Source: Chlorokybus atmophyticus (Eukaryota > Plantae > Mesostigma and Chlorokybus algae). From it: a stretch of DNA of 64,000 bases. The notes beneath the pieces were generated by a model that worked only from the letters and a program-made list of their open reading frames with translations, was not told where the DNA came from and ran no database searches. The translations under genes were made by a program, and so were the position numbers. The stretch lies in contig RHPI01001442.1 of assembly GCA_009103225.1 (NCBI GenBank), forward strand, positions 62,001 to 126,000. Reading direction: 5' to 3'. Below are positions 28,542-43,300 of the stretch, piece after piece; within the stretch, counting starts at the first letter, position 1; each line of letters starts with the position of its first letter.

Positions 28542-29693
28542 ATGCAGCTCACAGAGCTGCTGGCGCTGCTGAGCCGGTGCGAGGCGGACAGGCAGTTTAT
28601 GTTCAGGCTTGAAGAAGAGGTTGCATTGTACGTGCGACGCAGTGTTGACAGCCAGGTGACGAAGCGTGAGCTTTCTTTTTTCTTATGCAGTCAGTGTGCT
28701 GTGCCAAGCTCAATCATTCCCACCCACAGGTGTTGGTCTTCCCCTTGCTCAACAGCTACTTGAGGCTGATGGTGCATGCAACAGCGCAGCGCTTCAGCAT
28801 GAGCAGCACTTCAGAGCCCGCTTTTGACCACAATGTGAGTGTGTTGTGTCTCTGGCTGATTGTCGCACACACAATAAGTTGACGGCCACTGCACGCACCG
28901 ACTGCACGTTATATGTCAAGCACATACATTTAACTGGGCTTCTTGCATTGGCAGGGCTTGAAGAGCGTGTTGTGTCGCAAGAAGCCCGGAACACGCTGTC
29001 CAGCTCTGTTGTATGCTGACTTGATACCCAACACGACTTTGAACACTCTTTATGACAATACCATTGCTACATCTTCACCAGTGCAGGCACACTGTGAATA
29101 CCTTTCTGCTCATGAGACTGCATGGCCGTTGCGGTACAGCTACTGTGGAGATGAAAGGGACTCAAGCCAGCTGCGCGCGAGGCCATGCGAGTACAATGCA
29201 ACATGTGAACACATCAGAGAGATTTGCGTCATGCGCTCAGGAGGGGATGATGACGATGTTGATAAGAAGGATGCGTGCGAGTGGCTTGCGGCTTGCCTGC
29301 CGGGTGCACCGTCTGTGCGGCAAGTGAACGCCAATATATATATGGCTGTGTTTCCGTCCATCACTCTTGCATCTGCTGCTGACGGGGTGCAGGCTGTGGA
29401 AGGGCCACATGGGGCATCCTTCGCGTGCAGCATGCGCAGGATGCAGGTGAGACTGGTAGAGGTGTGTTGGTGTACACATCAGGTGTGCTTGCACGTACGT
29501 GCGTGCATGCCTGTTTGTCTGCGCGCGCGCACATGTATGGTACTCGGTGTATACTTGTTGTGTGCAACAGGATGCAAGCTCTGACACTCTGGAGGCGTGC
29601 GGGCTACCGCCTCCCAGGCGCAGGCGGCACATGGATACTGCTGCTATGGGTCGCATGCTGCGGCACGCGCTACCAAAGTCGACTACAACTTAG
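28542..29693 (+). CDS. R3H-domain, RRM-like RNA-binding protein (R3HCC1-like)
   Basis: N-terminal R3H signature VFPLLNSYLRLMVHATAQRFSMSS (RxxxH). An RRM-like segment follows (HIREI...YMAVFPSITLASAA). The last exon HMDTAAMGRMLRHAL...* resembles the R3HCC1-type C-terminal motif. Confidence 0.7.
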
Positions 29694-32025
29694 TCAATAA
29701 GGGTCCTTGTTGCCCACTGCTCGCACGCATAGCACCAAGTGCGGCACACTGCACCATGCCTCCAACCACACATGTGCACATGCATGCACGTTCAGTTGCG
29801 TGCATCATGCATATTGACATCAAGCGCAGATGTGCTGGCAAGCGAAACATTGGAGCACGACAACAAGCTGCAATCGTCTCGGTCCGACACTGTCGGTTAC
29901 ACATCCTTGCTGATGAGCCATCGGCATGCAATACTCAACATAGCGAGTCCAAGCTTTCATACGGCGCAAATAAGCTCCATGTATTCAGGTATGGTGGTGA
30001 TGCGTAGCTTTGGCTAAATATATTGACGAGAGACACAACTGCACATGGTGCAGCAATTGTTATCATGGTTGCATCTTGTTCATTTTGACCTTACAAATGT
30101 TTCGTAGTGCCGCCACTCGTAATTCGTGTGTTGTCATCACATGCAAAGCTCAGTGGAAGTAGGAGCGGGATGAACCCTTACTTGGGTATGTGGAAAGGCC
30201 CCGTCGAACAACCGCTTCACATACGAATGAAGTGTATGACATGAAAGCTCATAACCGGTGGGCAAGCATCACATCATATCTGATTACCAATGTCCACTCC
30301 TACTCACGCTCTTAACCACTACACAACAACATCGAGTGTTAAGATATGCCAAAATATACACCCACACCATAAACCCACATCGCTGGATTCCATTAATGCT
30401 AGTGTATGCAACATATAATTCCTACAGCCAAGCTTGTCAATAGAAAATTCGCTCTATCTCATAAATGTGTATTACAATATGTATTACAGTATGTATTACA
30501 AAAAAGTTTATATCTGCAATTGCAGATATGAACTTTCTTGTAATATATACTTTACGGACTACGCCTTGTGCAAACTTCATACTACATTATGCAATGGATG
30601 TATGTTGCGAACCACCAATGTGAATCACACATGATTGAAACCATTCTGGAGTTCGGCGCATAAAGCTAACACTTATGATCTGCTCTGTATGCACTCAAAA
30701 TTAATTAATAATAACACACAGGTTTTGGAGTTATATATGATTATAAAGTATATCAGCAACTGCGCGATGATTATTATGCAATCATATTTAATAATGTGAA
30801 TGATAGTTAATTGCAAATCTAGCTAAAACATTTCAACTCAAGTAAGGTTGAACAATAAACGTCATTATCATTACAACATAAGGATAAAAGGACTCATGTA
30901 TAAATTACGTATAAATGCATATAAATATCATGTCATGATATTCAGCTGCCATGGCATGGCAGACGTTGTTACAACTCGTAGTTGTTATCCAGGGCCCGAC
31001 AGCCTGCGATATTCACTTGCAAAACATGTGTGACGTATATTACCCATGCAATTACAAACAGATGCTAACAACTTGATTTAATAGCCATCATGAAATCAGC
31101 CAAACTAGAAGTGAACGTCAACGTACCAACTCAATGACAAGCATGCAAAATCAAGTTATACATAATAATGATATTGCTTCTCGTGATTTGATTGAAGATT
31201 ATTATGTACCGGTAAGAAGACCATCACATGCGATATGCGATGTGCGGTTGGCGATGGGATATGCGCTACCCGCCTGCCATTCATTGGCTGGGCGGCGACT
31301 ACCAGCCTCAAGCCTTTGGATTTACATTGGGTAGATCTCGGCCGTCCAAAGCACATCCCAAGGTCACAATAACACGAATACATGACTCACGTGTTCAGTT
31401 TTATCAAGGGATGCCCTAAAAAGTGAAGGCATTGCTATTGAATCTGACATGACCTTTGGCCGTGCTGACAAATCCATTCCCAGGAAAGCGACAAGCATGT
31501 CCGCAGCGCAGCTGTGGACACTTCACAGAAAGCACAGAACACCTTAACCGTAAACATGTCAGTCGGACTTCCTTTGGGACGCCGCCGATAGAATACCGGA
31601 CACTAAACCCTGTCCTTTCCGCTCGGGCACGGTCGTGGGTGCACTGGTGGCGGATCGGCGAAAGCAATCTACCATCCGGTTGTACCGGTCGCCTTAACGG
31701 CGCGTGAATTAAAGACTGCTCTGTAAGCTCGCCACCATTGTACGCACAACCGCGTTAGCCTGCCGCCGCCGCTGCCGCCGCCGACGTGAGCGCATACTTG
31801 TCATTGACAAGACGGTTCTGGAGCAGAAGAGAGAGCGATGGGGTGCCATTGACTAGCATGCTAGATTTGACCACTGGACAGTAAGCCCAAGGCTTGTGCT
31901 GGAGCTGACGCATGGTTCTGGCTGGTGGGTCAAGGCGGTGCTGGAGTGGTGGTTGGTGGGGTGGTGGGGGGAAGAGCGTGTGGTAGCATGGGGGCGGCGG
32001 AATTGCCGAGAACGGGGTTGTGAAA

Positions 32026-35000
32026 ATGTGTCGTGGACGTCATGCGGGACCGCAGCAGGCAGTTGGCCTGTTGCTACTGCTGCTGGCAGCTTGCCTGCGT
32101 GGGGCGTACTCCAAGACAGGTAGCTTGTCGGTGGTGAATTTGTAATTGGTGTGCTCCGGTCCGTGTGCTGATGTGCAGTGGCTGTCATATGCACGCTGGG
32201 CCTCTTGCCACATGCAATTGGAGACTTCAGGAGTAATTCCTTGAGCACCAACTCACCTCACTTGCACAGACCAGTCCGGCCACAAACAGATCGCCACACA
32301 GGGCTCACAGTGAAACAATCAACAAGCAAGAAGTGACTGGCATTATGGCCGTGTATTCTTTGCTAGTTGTTCTGAGCTGTAGGCTCAATAAGCAGCCATT
32401 TGCAGTGTGCAAGAGCTGCAACAGCTGCAAGAGCAGCTGACAGGCAATGCAAGTAGTTACCACCCCCGTGCAGCTAACATGTGCATTGTGTGTTCAGTGA
32501 CAGTCAGCAGTTTCGCTGCGCTCAGCAACGCCTTTCAAGATGATACTGTGGGTGAGATAGTAGTGAACGGTGACTTGGCGGCGACCAGCACGCTGACTGT
32601 CAGTCGCAAGCTGACAGTCAGGTCTGGTAGCAATGGGACTGCCAGTTTGGTCGGAGATTTTCGCGGCGTTATGCTCTTGGTGGATACTGGCGGGGAGCTG
32701 CTCATGTCAACTGTGGACGTCTCCAATGGAGATGCACGGGTAGGTGACCTAGTCTAGTTGCATAATAGCAGCAGCATGACGAGCAGTATCACGGCCGTAC
32801 ATTGGTTGGCTTGTTGTGGTTGCGGCACACATGGGATCATGCGTGCGTGCTGGGCGCGTGTGTGGGTGGGTGCACACATGCATGCAAGGTCAAATGTGCC
32901 GCAACTCAAAAGAACAAGACAATTCAATGTGCAGTGATCTTCCAGCATAAACCCATGGCTTTGTGCAAAGGTGATGTTGTCACAACATGTAGTGCACTGC
33001 AGTAGAGATGATGATTTAAGACCAGTCTGCCTCTGGCGTCTTGACATGCTGCGTTCTGCAGGGCTCAAACTCACCTGTGGTTGTACAAGGCGTTGCCAGC
33101 TTTGTTCGTTGCAAGTTTTACAGCAATAAAGCGGCAGCCAGCGGTGGTGCCATCCACAATGCGGGCACACTGACACTCTCACAATGTGAGTTCACCGGTA
33201 ACTCAGCAGGCACGGGGGTAAGAACCTCACTGACGAACACCGCCGATGTTTCCAAGCCGTTGCAAACACTTGTCTGAGTCTTTGGCAAAGCTGCAGAGTC
33301 AAACAGCTAGACAGGACAAGGAGTGTCACATGTGATTGTCCGTTAATGCATAACAGTGTGCACACGTGACGAGGAGTTCCTGTTGCAGGGTCAAGGTGGC
33401 GCGTTGTATGACGAGGGCGAGGCAATCATAACAGATTGCACCTTCAATGGCAATAGTGCCGATGCCACTGGTGGCTCCATTTCTAGCACTGTCTCCCTTA
33501 CGTTGACAGGAAGCACCTTCTCCAACAATGAAGCTGTCTCAGACAGTGGCGGTGCGTTGGAAATCCTTGGGCACCTAGTTGCGGAGAATTGCACATTCGA
33601 CAGCAACACTGCTTCCAACTACGGTGGCCATATTATCACCCAAGAAGGAGCTGCGTTGACAGCAAGGAACTGCAACTTCTCTTCTGGCTACGCGTATGTG
33701 AGTGTTGTGAACAGCACTTGCACAGTGGCTTTGCTGTCTTTGCTTCGTAAAAGTCTGCTTGGTTGGTTGCGACTATTATTTGATTTATCCTTCGATGGAG
33801 CTAAGAGCCTGTCACACCAACGTCGTTTGTGACTGCTGTTCTAACGGCGCCTGACATTGTCGCCTTCAGGATGGAGGCGCTGTGGAGTTGAACAGTAATG
33901 CTACTTTCGAGAACTGCCATTTCAATGGCAATGCAGCAGATGTGAGCATATTTGGATACAAGCATTGTGTCTTCAATGATTTGGTGAGGCTTATCTATGA
34001 CCAGCATCTGGATTAAGGACTGTTTCATACGCAGGATATTGGTGGTGCTATTGACCAGTACGTTGGCTATATGACCCTAAGAGAATGTCGCTTCGTTGGC
34101 AACTCTGCAATACTTGCTGGCGGTGCGATATCTTCAGCACAGCCGGGCTTCATAGCTGACTCAGTTTTCGTTCGTAACCTTGCGGTAAGCGCCCGAGACT
34201 TCTTGCTTATTGATGTGAGGACTTTCTGAGAGTGCAGCCTTTGATAAGTCGGCCTTGCTTTGCCTGCGACAAAGAGACAATCTGTCATCACCAGTACATA
34301 TTGTGCAGACTGACTCTGAGGGGGTTGGAGGTGCCATACATGCTGATGAGAATTCCAACCTGGACATGCTGCGGTGCAATTTTACCGCGAACAACTCTAC
34401 CTTTGTTGGTGGGGCCATCCGGTTAGGTCCCGCAGTGTCGGACGGCTCACCTGGTGTGGTGTCACTGCGCAGTTGCAACTTCATCAACAACGGAAACTTT
34501 GCTACGGTGAGAGCAGCTGTGGTGATATTTGCAAGCTTTTCTGTACATGTTGTCTTGTGCCTCACTGTGCGACAAAGTAGCATCCGCACTGTTAAGACCA
34601 GTTTTGAGCTCTTCTCTTGTTCGTATGGCAGTATGGAGGGGCTATCGGCGTGTCCGAGCTGGGCAGACTTATTGTGAACGATTGCTACTTTGATGGGAAC
34701 TTCGGCAATTTTGGTGGGACTATCTATGTTGATGGCACAATCAACTTGAACAACAGCATCATTGTCAACAGCCGTGGATCGGTAAGATCATGTGTTGTAG
34801 CCATCTTTTCTACATGCAATGGTGCAGCTTGTCCACACTCGGCCTCGTTGCATGGTACTTGACATGTGCTCACAGTCAGCATACATCAGCTCGGAAGTCT
34901 TGGCATCCCAAACCCTTGGTCAGCGGCAAGGATTTCGCGCTCAACCTTCGAGGACAATGAAGCAGAAGTAAGTCCATACTTGTCGTCACACTTTTATTGT

Positions 35001-38000
35001 CGCATGACAACCCACTACGAGTGCATTAATAGAGGGCTGCTGTTGTTGGCGTTCTTCAGTTGGTACCGTTGAGGCTCATGTTGCTTGATTGCGCGTGTCC
35101 TCTATGTTCTGGTTGCTGCAACATGCATCTGCACAAGGTTACACAATAGGCCAACAACATGGTTCTGCCTTGCATTCGCACTTGAGTTCTGGTCAGCAGC
35201 CATCAAGTTGACTAGTTGTGCACATGCAGAGGGGAGGCGCAATTGAGTGTGTCAACGGACCATCCGTGCAAGTCGAGGACACGATCTTCAGCCGCAATGT
35301 TGCAACTAACGAGGACGGCGGTGCTATTGCACTGCGCAATTGTACTTTCCGCGCAGCACGCTGCAATTTCACAGCCAACGCTTCTTTGGTACGTATCTGT
35401 GAGTAACTGATCGTTGTGTTGGCGTGACATGTTTGTCGGTCAGTCAAGCGAGCAAGAAGCGGTTCCTGCATGGCTGCATGCAAGTGCCAATGCTGTTTAC
35501 ATGCAGTTTAATTTGGCAGAGGCCTCATGGCAGTACCGCAAGCAGCGCCACACGTCTGTTTACGTAGTCACTTGAGAAGGGAGTGTGTCTTGGCGGTGTT
35601 AGTCCTTGCTGCGGCTGATGCCACTACCATGCTGTGCAGAGAAGTGCCGGTGCCATCAGCATTGGTTCCTATCAACAGTTAATCTCGGCGACTGCAACCA
35701 TTGCAGCATGCAACTTCGTCAACAACTCTGCCAAGGTAAATGTGCCAAGTGTGCCATGTCAAGCTTGTTGTGCTGGGGCTGATGCTTCATGAGCTCACCT
35801 GTGGGAAGGGCTCAGTCAGTAGGAACCACGCTCATGGGTCAGCTTACACGGTTGGCAGGTGAACGGGGGCGCCATAACCTCAAGCTACAAGCTCTCCATC
35901 ACAGATTCCACATTTGATGGCAATGATGCTGCGGTTCGTGCAGCTGCGGTCTATTGCTTTGCACAGTTGTTCCCTGAGTAAGCTCAGCCATGATTGACCT
36001 TTCTTGCTCTCATAGGATGGCGGTGCCATTCGCAACACAGGGCTTGAGGAGAAGGTGATACAAATAAGTTGTGACACACCACTGCGTGAGTTGCAATGAG
36101 TCTCTGCAGCAAGCATTCCTTATAGGTCGCTTTGTCTGCCTGCAGAATGAAGGTCTGACCATTGTGGCAGACGTCTACGTCCCGAGAAATTTGTTGACAG
36201 TCACACAATGCACCTTCCGCAACAACTTCTGTTCGGTAAGTGTGAGCATAGCTCTAGGTGTATGAGACAGCAATGCAAGCGTACATCACCTGATGTACGC
36301 CTGCATCTGAACTATCTTCATTGCAGTGTAGTGCAAATAGTAGTGCACAGTCCGTCTCTTGCACATCAACGCAGTTATTGGTCTGTGACATTGTGTTTGT
36401 TGAACAGGTTGGAAGCGAACAGACTGGCGGTGCTATCCAGAATGGTTTTGGCAGCATCATTGTTACTGACACAACGTTCATCAACAACACCGCACAGGTA
36501 TGTTCATAGTCTAATTGCGCGGTTGCGTGCTTGAGTTTTAGGTAGAGAGGCTTCACTACTGTCTGCTATTCAGATTGGCGGAGGCTTTCACAACGGGGGG
36601 CGTGATACAGTTGGTAACGACGGCTGTCGCCCTTCCATGTCTGCTCTCATCCAGGTGCATGCATGGTAGTATGAGTGCAGTCGGTTGTTGATATGCTTTA
36701 GTTGTTGTGTGTGCGTTGTGATGTCATAGCTTCTAATACAAGCATGGCATGCACTTGATATGCTTGCAGATGCGTCCTGTTGGCACATGTCGTCCAGCCT
36801 TGTCAGTTTTGATACTGCACAGCTTAGTTATCCTCAGTGTGAATTGCGTATTGCATCGACATGTGGTCTGTTGCTTGGACTGTGGCATGCAATGACGTTA
36901 CAACCCATTGATGCACAGAGTTGCACCTTTGTTGACAACACCGCCGGGCAAGGTGGAGGGGCAGCTGTGGATGCCTCTGCATGTGAGCCATCAGCCAACG
37001 TGACATTCCGTAATGTGACCTTCCTGCGGAACATTGCCGGTGATGGAGGCGCCTTGTACCTCTTGTGCCACAATGACACAACTTGCCCTGTCATAGCCAA
37101 GAGCACCCTGGCCGGCAACAGAGCTCAAGATGGCGGTGGCGCTGCAGTATTTTGTGATGCACTTCCCACTGTCTTCTGCTCTCCAGTACGTTTTTTCTGA
37201 TATAGTTGCCACGCTCTAACACACACAGTAGACCCTTCTGCGCTTACTTTGCTGCATGCCCAGTACTTGGTTGATTCGAAGCGCAAGTCATAGTCATCTG
37301 CTTGTTAGCAAGTCGTGCATGAGCATAAGTTGAGTGCAGGACTCTGATGCAGCATCCTTGCACAGGATGGTGCTCGCTTGAACTCCTCAGCTGGCTGTTC
37401 CACTTGGAGCAACAACACCGCTACAGATGGGTATGGAGATGTCTTTGCTTCAGGGCCTAGAGCGCTCAGAGCATCGCAGACAAGGTTTCCATCTCAGGCC
37501 AGTCAGCAGCCGCTCAGCAACCTCAGCTTGCAGCTCGTCGACCAGTTTGGTCAAGTGGTCCTTGCCACTCGCTACGATGGCACTATCATCAACGCGCAGG
37601 TGATTGTCCATCGCTTTTGTGCTGAGTCTGCGATGAAAATGACCAATCTTGCCTTTGCAGATTGCAAATGGAAGCGGCATTCTGCTTGGAGAGGTTGTGA
37701 CGGCATTGTCTGGTGGGCAAGCTGTATTCACCAACCTCAACGTGAACGGGACACCAGGCGCAAACGAGCTGGTCTTGTCCGCAGATAGGTCACAGCTGGC
37801 GCTCGATGTGCCTGTTGTGGTCGACATACGCAGCTGCATCCGTGGAGAAGTCACCTCAGCAGGTATGTGGTTGTCACCGGGACAAATAGCATGTCTTTTG
37901 AGTGAGCAGTTTGGGTGGGCGGCTGGAGGTTGCTGATCGTTTATGCAAAATGACCTGCTTGTTTACAGATGGCACAAGCTGTGACCGGTGCAGCCCTCCA

Positions 38001-39733
38001 AACTTCAGCTGGGACCCTGCGACACCGTGCACGCAATGCCCAGAGAATGCTATCTGCTATGGAGGCGATGTCATTGTACCGCAGGATGGGTTCTGGCGGT
38101 CGAGTTACTACTCAGCCGAGATTGTGGAGTGCCCAAATGTAGAAGCCTGCACGTATGCCAACCGGTCTGAGCTTCTGAATGTCACGACTGCTGCTCCACT
38201 TAGCGCTGAAGACTACCGCGCACAGCTGTGTTCCAAGGGTTACACTGGCAACCTGTGCGCCGTTTGTGCAGAAGGCTATGGCCTGACACGCTTTGTCGGC
38301 AAGACGCAGTGCCGCAAGTGCCCTTCAACCGCTGTGAAGGTCATCTACATGATCCTTTGGATACTTGTGGAGGTGGCCATTGTGTCTATCCTCATCACAT
38401 CGACGTTGATGCCCACAATGGTTGCAAGCACCGGACAGCTTCTGAATGGACCAGCGGGCATGAAAATCGTCATCAACTTGTTTCAAGTGGTCGCCCTCGC
38501 CTTTGTCATTCAGCATGAGTGGCCTGCCCCCATAGACTACATGACGGAGACACTCGCGACGGTGTTTCTGGCTCAAAGCCAGCTGCTGCCGCTGGATTGC
38601 TACATGTCCAATGGAGGGCTGAGTAAGGCTTTCAGAACCACCATCATATACTCTGTCCTGCCATTCGCCGCGACGCTACCCGCAATCCTGTTTTGGAGCA
38701 TTTATCACTGGTATCTGCAACTCCGGCAACGCAAGGTCATGAAGGACGCCGATGCAGATGTGGCGGCGCTGTCATTTCGCACTACGTTCTGGGAGCGCAT
38801 CATGCCCAGCATGCTGTGCATAGAGTTTTTCCTGTGGCCAACAACAGTGGCGAACTTCCTGTCTTTGTTCAGCTGCCGGTATATTGACTCAGCTGAACTG
38901 TTTCCTGGTGATCCAGTCTACAACCCAGACCAGGTGCTGATCTGCTTGCAATGCTCTTGATCTGTTTTCAATGCTCCTTCTTATGGTGGCATGATGCTGC
39001 AGCTGGCAGTGCACTGACCCTGCGGATTGGTTGTTAGGTTCTGGGGTTGCATTGGGAGAGTGATATGAGCGTGAAGTGTTTCACAGGGACACACCTGGCA
39101 TATGTCCTGGGCTTTGGCATCCCAGGCCTCTTTATCTTTGTGGCACTGCTTCCAGCCTCTATTGGTTGGTTTGTGTACAAGAACCGCAACCGGCTCAATC
39201 AGCTTCGAGTGCTGCGACGAACGGGCTTCTTCTTCAAGATGTACAGGCCCAAAGCCTTCTTGTGGGATGAAGTGCTGCACTTCCAGAAACTGCTCCTCGC
39301 CATTAATTCCATTCTCATAGCCAAGTTTGGCGGCCAGGCGCAGAACGCTATTGCATTCGGCGTTCTCACTGCCTTCACCCTTCTGCAGTGGCATGTGCAG
39401 CCACACATAAGGACGAGTCATGAGCGACTGACAGACTCGGCGTGTTGCGCCGCTTGCTATCTGGTGTTCATGGGCATGCTGGTCTTTCTGTACCCAAGCC
39501 ATGGCCCGGAAATCGCCATTGACGTGCTCTTTGGCGGCGGGCTTGGTATCTGCCTTGCTTTCTTCCTTTCTAAAGTGGCTTTTGGAGCAGTGAAGGATGT
39601 GCGAGCACTGCACACGGGCGGGTTTAACGGCAGAGCGTCATTATATGCCCTGCCTGCTGCAGACGTATCCGCACATATCAGTGATGCAATTGCATCGAGT
39701 CGATTAATAAAAACACTGCCAGACACAGGTTAG
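32026..39733 (+). CDS. Large surface protein: signal peptide, Pmp-type GGA(I/L)/FxxN beta-helix repeats, Cys-rich linker and about 7 TM helices
   Basis: Exon 1 (32026-32119) MCRGRHAGPQQAVGLLLLLLAACLRGAYSKT joins in phase to VTVSSFAAL. About 20 repeats such as FYSNKAAASGGAIHN, FSNNEAVSDSGGALE, FTANNSTFVGGAIRL and FLRNIAGDGGALYL. Then CDRC...CTQCPENAICYGG...GFWR...CSKGYTGNLCAVCAEGYG...CRKC. Then multiple hydrophobic helices in ORFs 37902-38960 and 39047-39733. Confidence 0.85.
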
Positions 39734-40398
39734 ATTAGTCGAGGGGCGCAATGCTACACAGCAAGTATACAGCTTGTTGTAAGCATGGTATATACACAAA
39801 ACAAATAGTTAATATCTACACAAATAGATTGCAACACATGCCTCAGGCTGCTAAGGCACAGCATCCCTGACATTGGCGAGGGAGGCAAGGCACAAGCGTG
39901 CCAGCATCTCAGTGCTGGGCAGGCAGGTCATCCTGGCAGCAATGCGACTTGGTTCTCAACTTCAATGTGGCATAGATGAGTACTGAGTCCACGGCCAATG
40001 GAAACATGCCAATTGTATGACATTGTCCACATTGGTGCAATGGCCTCGGATTTCCAAAAGCTGCTGCGGTAGACAACAGCATCAAGGGCATATGTGCACG
40101 GGGGACAGGGTAAGAGGATGCAGACGATTAGATCTGTCGCACTTACACCAACACTACCCTTGTTTATGGCCAATTTAGCCATAAAGCACAAGGCTTCAGA
40201 CAAGTATTCCAGTAAGCGTGCGAATTACAAGTGAGGCATGCCTCACTGATAGATGCAATGTTCATAATGCGGAGTGCATGCACGAACCACGTGCATAAAA
40301 GCAGCAACAAACCAATTGCAGGGCAAGCAGACTTCAATGACATGGCAAGCACGCGATACGACCAAGCAGAGGTTGTATAGGTATAATTGTTGTTCTTG

Positions 40399-43300
40399 TT
40401 ATTGTTCAGACTCGCCGTGTTCGTGCACGTCAAGCGTGCGGCTGGGTTTCAACAGCCAGTTGCGCAGGGCATCCTTCACAACCACCAGCCTACCTATGTT
40501 GGCGTGTAGCGGTGTCGGCCTGTTGCGCGTGTCGACTTGAATTCGCTTGGGAGTCACTGTCGGCGTAGACAACACGGATAAAGCCAACTCTTTCTCCAAC
40601 AAGTCTGTTACTGCTGAGCGCACCACTGCATTCCCGGGAACACGGCTCTTATGCCCTTGGCCCGTTATTATGACCAAGTCTCTTACCACATCACCTGCGT
40701 TGTCAAGCAAACACAGTGTACACACACAGATACGATGATAAGATGCTATTGCCCTGCTTGAGGCGGTGCAAGTGGACCAAAACGCAAAACACACCTTCTC
40801 TGTGTCGACTGCGAACGAGTTTTAGCAGACTCAAAACCGCAGCACGAGCCTCAGCCTGCACCGCACAAGAAAGAGAAACAACAAGTAGACGGTCATGTGA
40901 CTGCTTTGTATTGCACATTGGGCTTGCTGCTCAATGCAACACAACATGCGCATGTACCGCATTGAGCCCATGCAGGTCGATGAGAAGGTGACCATGTTCG
41001 CCCTTCTCTTCTTTCAACCTCAACTGATTACCAAACAGCAGCCCTGCCATCACGCTTGTACGCCCAACTGCTCAACACAAAGTGCATGTGTTTTGGCTGC
41101 AGTACATTGAACAAGCGGCCAGCTGTTGCAACCATCACTGAAGCATGACGTGCCCTTACCTGCTTGCTCATCGGCTCTCAATGGATGGAAAGCGTGTTCG
41201 GCCCATGCATCAATTAGCGACTCAAAAGTGGCTGTGTTTGGAGCCAAACCTGCATCCCGCATGTCCTCATACACCTACAAGTGTTGCCAAACTGCATTGC
41301 TACAAAGGTCATGAGTGAGAGATTTCAACAAAATGTAAAAATGTGATGAGCTTCTGTGATTGTGTGAGCTTGCAAGTCACAGTCGCATTGCGATGTCACC
41401 TTGAAGGCGTACTGGAGGTCACCGTGACGGACACAAGCGCGTATGACAGTGTTGCTGGTTACTGCGTTGGGACGTAAACCATCCTTTCGCATTGAGAGGA
41501 ACGCTCGCATAGCCTCGCCATGCCGTCCCGCAGACTCGCACAGCTGCCAAGCAAGGGCGAGGGTAACAATGCATGCTTACAACCGCATCCGCAACATATT
41601 TGCATATGGACAGGAAAAATATCGTTAAGGACAGCTGGGAACAATGCAGCCACTACATGCATGCAAAACAAACCTTGATAAGTGCCGTATAGAACACAAC
41701 GTCTGGTGCGATGCCTTTAGACTTCATGTCATCAAACAACTCCCATGCGCGAGAAACATCCTGCGCGTCTTTTGTCCCCTACAAACAGCACACAAGCCTT
41801 CAGAACTAGCATGCTCCCTACATCGCTGATAATGATTGCTAACAACGTTAAGCATCCACCAATACCTGTGTGGCGTTATATTTTGCACATACCACATTGT
41901 GCATGCCACAGTTTGCTGTCCATGTACTTCAATGTCTTACCGCAAGATCTATCATTTCTGTGTATGTCCAGACATCTGGCTTGATGCCCCTGTCAGCTTC
42001 CCATCGCCGCATGAGGTCATAAGCCTGCAAGCATTACTCACTCGACAAGTATGCAACTGTAGGTTTCATGTTGCACACAAAGCAGGGCATCTTGCACAAA
42101 GTGTGATGTAAGCCAAGATGCACGCGTACTTCTTGAAAAGTTCCACAAGCTGGCAACAGGGAGTTGAGGGTCGCAACATCTGGCATGACATCATCCTCTT
42201 GCATCTTATCAATCAACCGCAATGCGCGCTCTTGTTGTCCGGACCTGGATCCAGCACCAACAATCATTTGCATGTGCAGGAGTTCATACCACTTGGCAGC
42301 ACACTCCCAGAGACTATCACCATAGCAATGGTGACAAGGCTGGTTAAGCTGTCTTTGCTTGCAGCAACAACAGCAGCGCTCGCACAACTGCACAGTGTAA
42401 GAGTTATACTGTTTGACAGCTTCTCACCGAGAGTAAAGAGCAATGAGCCGATTGTAGATGAAGATATTAGGTAGAACATTGTCCGCTTTCATTTCGTCCA
42501 GCAACCCGATGGCTCGGTCTACCTGTATACATCTCTGGCCTTCTTGATCTGCTCGTGATGCTTACTTGTCCATGCAAACAACTCGTATGAGCTGTGCCTA
42601 CCTGCCCTTCTTGCGCACATGCGCCTAGCAACTCTCCATAAGTATATGCATCCCTGGACACCTGCGCCTCGCGCATGTCTACCACAATCTGCCATGCGCG
42701 CTCAAACTCGCCGGCTCGCACAGCAACCTGCGAGAGCGGCCTTGTGTTGAGCTGCTGTTGCATCGGCCATCAGGCAGCCATTTGACTCTGATGGCGCAGA
42801 AATCAACATGTCACGCGCTACCATGTTCAAATACCTGAACCAGGACATTGTAGCTGACAGTGTCCATTGGCACGTCCTGTTCCCGCATCAGGGAAACCAC
42901 TTCTTCAGCAAGCACAAGATTGCGCGATTCTGAACAAGCCTGCAAAACAGCAAACAGTGAGTTGCACATGATGGCATGTCTATAAGATTTGGAGTGATAG
43001 ACTTCCTGCTGCAGCTCTGCTTTGGCTCTTATCAGACAGACGAGTGCAACTGCAGGTTTGTATGGCTGGTTAACGATGTACCTTCAGCAAAAGGCTGCAA
43101 GTGATCGGATCAGGTTTGACGCCCCATCTAGCAACGTCTGCTAACACTGCGCGAACCCCGGCTTTTGGCAATGTTGCCGCTACAACCCAATTGATGACTT
43201 TGCTTGCTGGTTCCATACCTGCGGCCACACAGATGTCGTAGCGCATGATCTTACTCCGTAGGAATCTTGCACATGCTTTGATCATGGTTTCGAGAACTTC

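Noticed and set aside
30000-31500. AT-rich intergenic island checked for TE termini or ORFs
   Set aside because: No terminal repeats, target-site duplications or protein-like frames recognised.
31560-31730. GC-rich stretch considered as a possible tRNA/ncRNA
   Set aside because: No cloverleaf, T-loop (GTTCGA) or other recognisable RNA motif; more likely promoter/5' region of the downstream gene.
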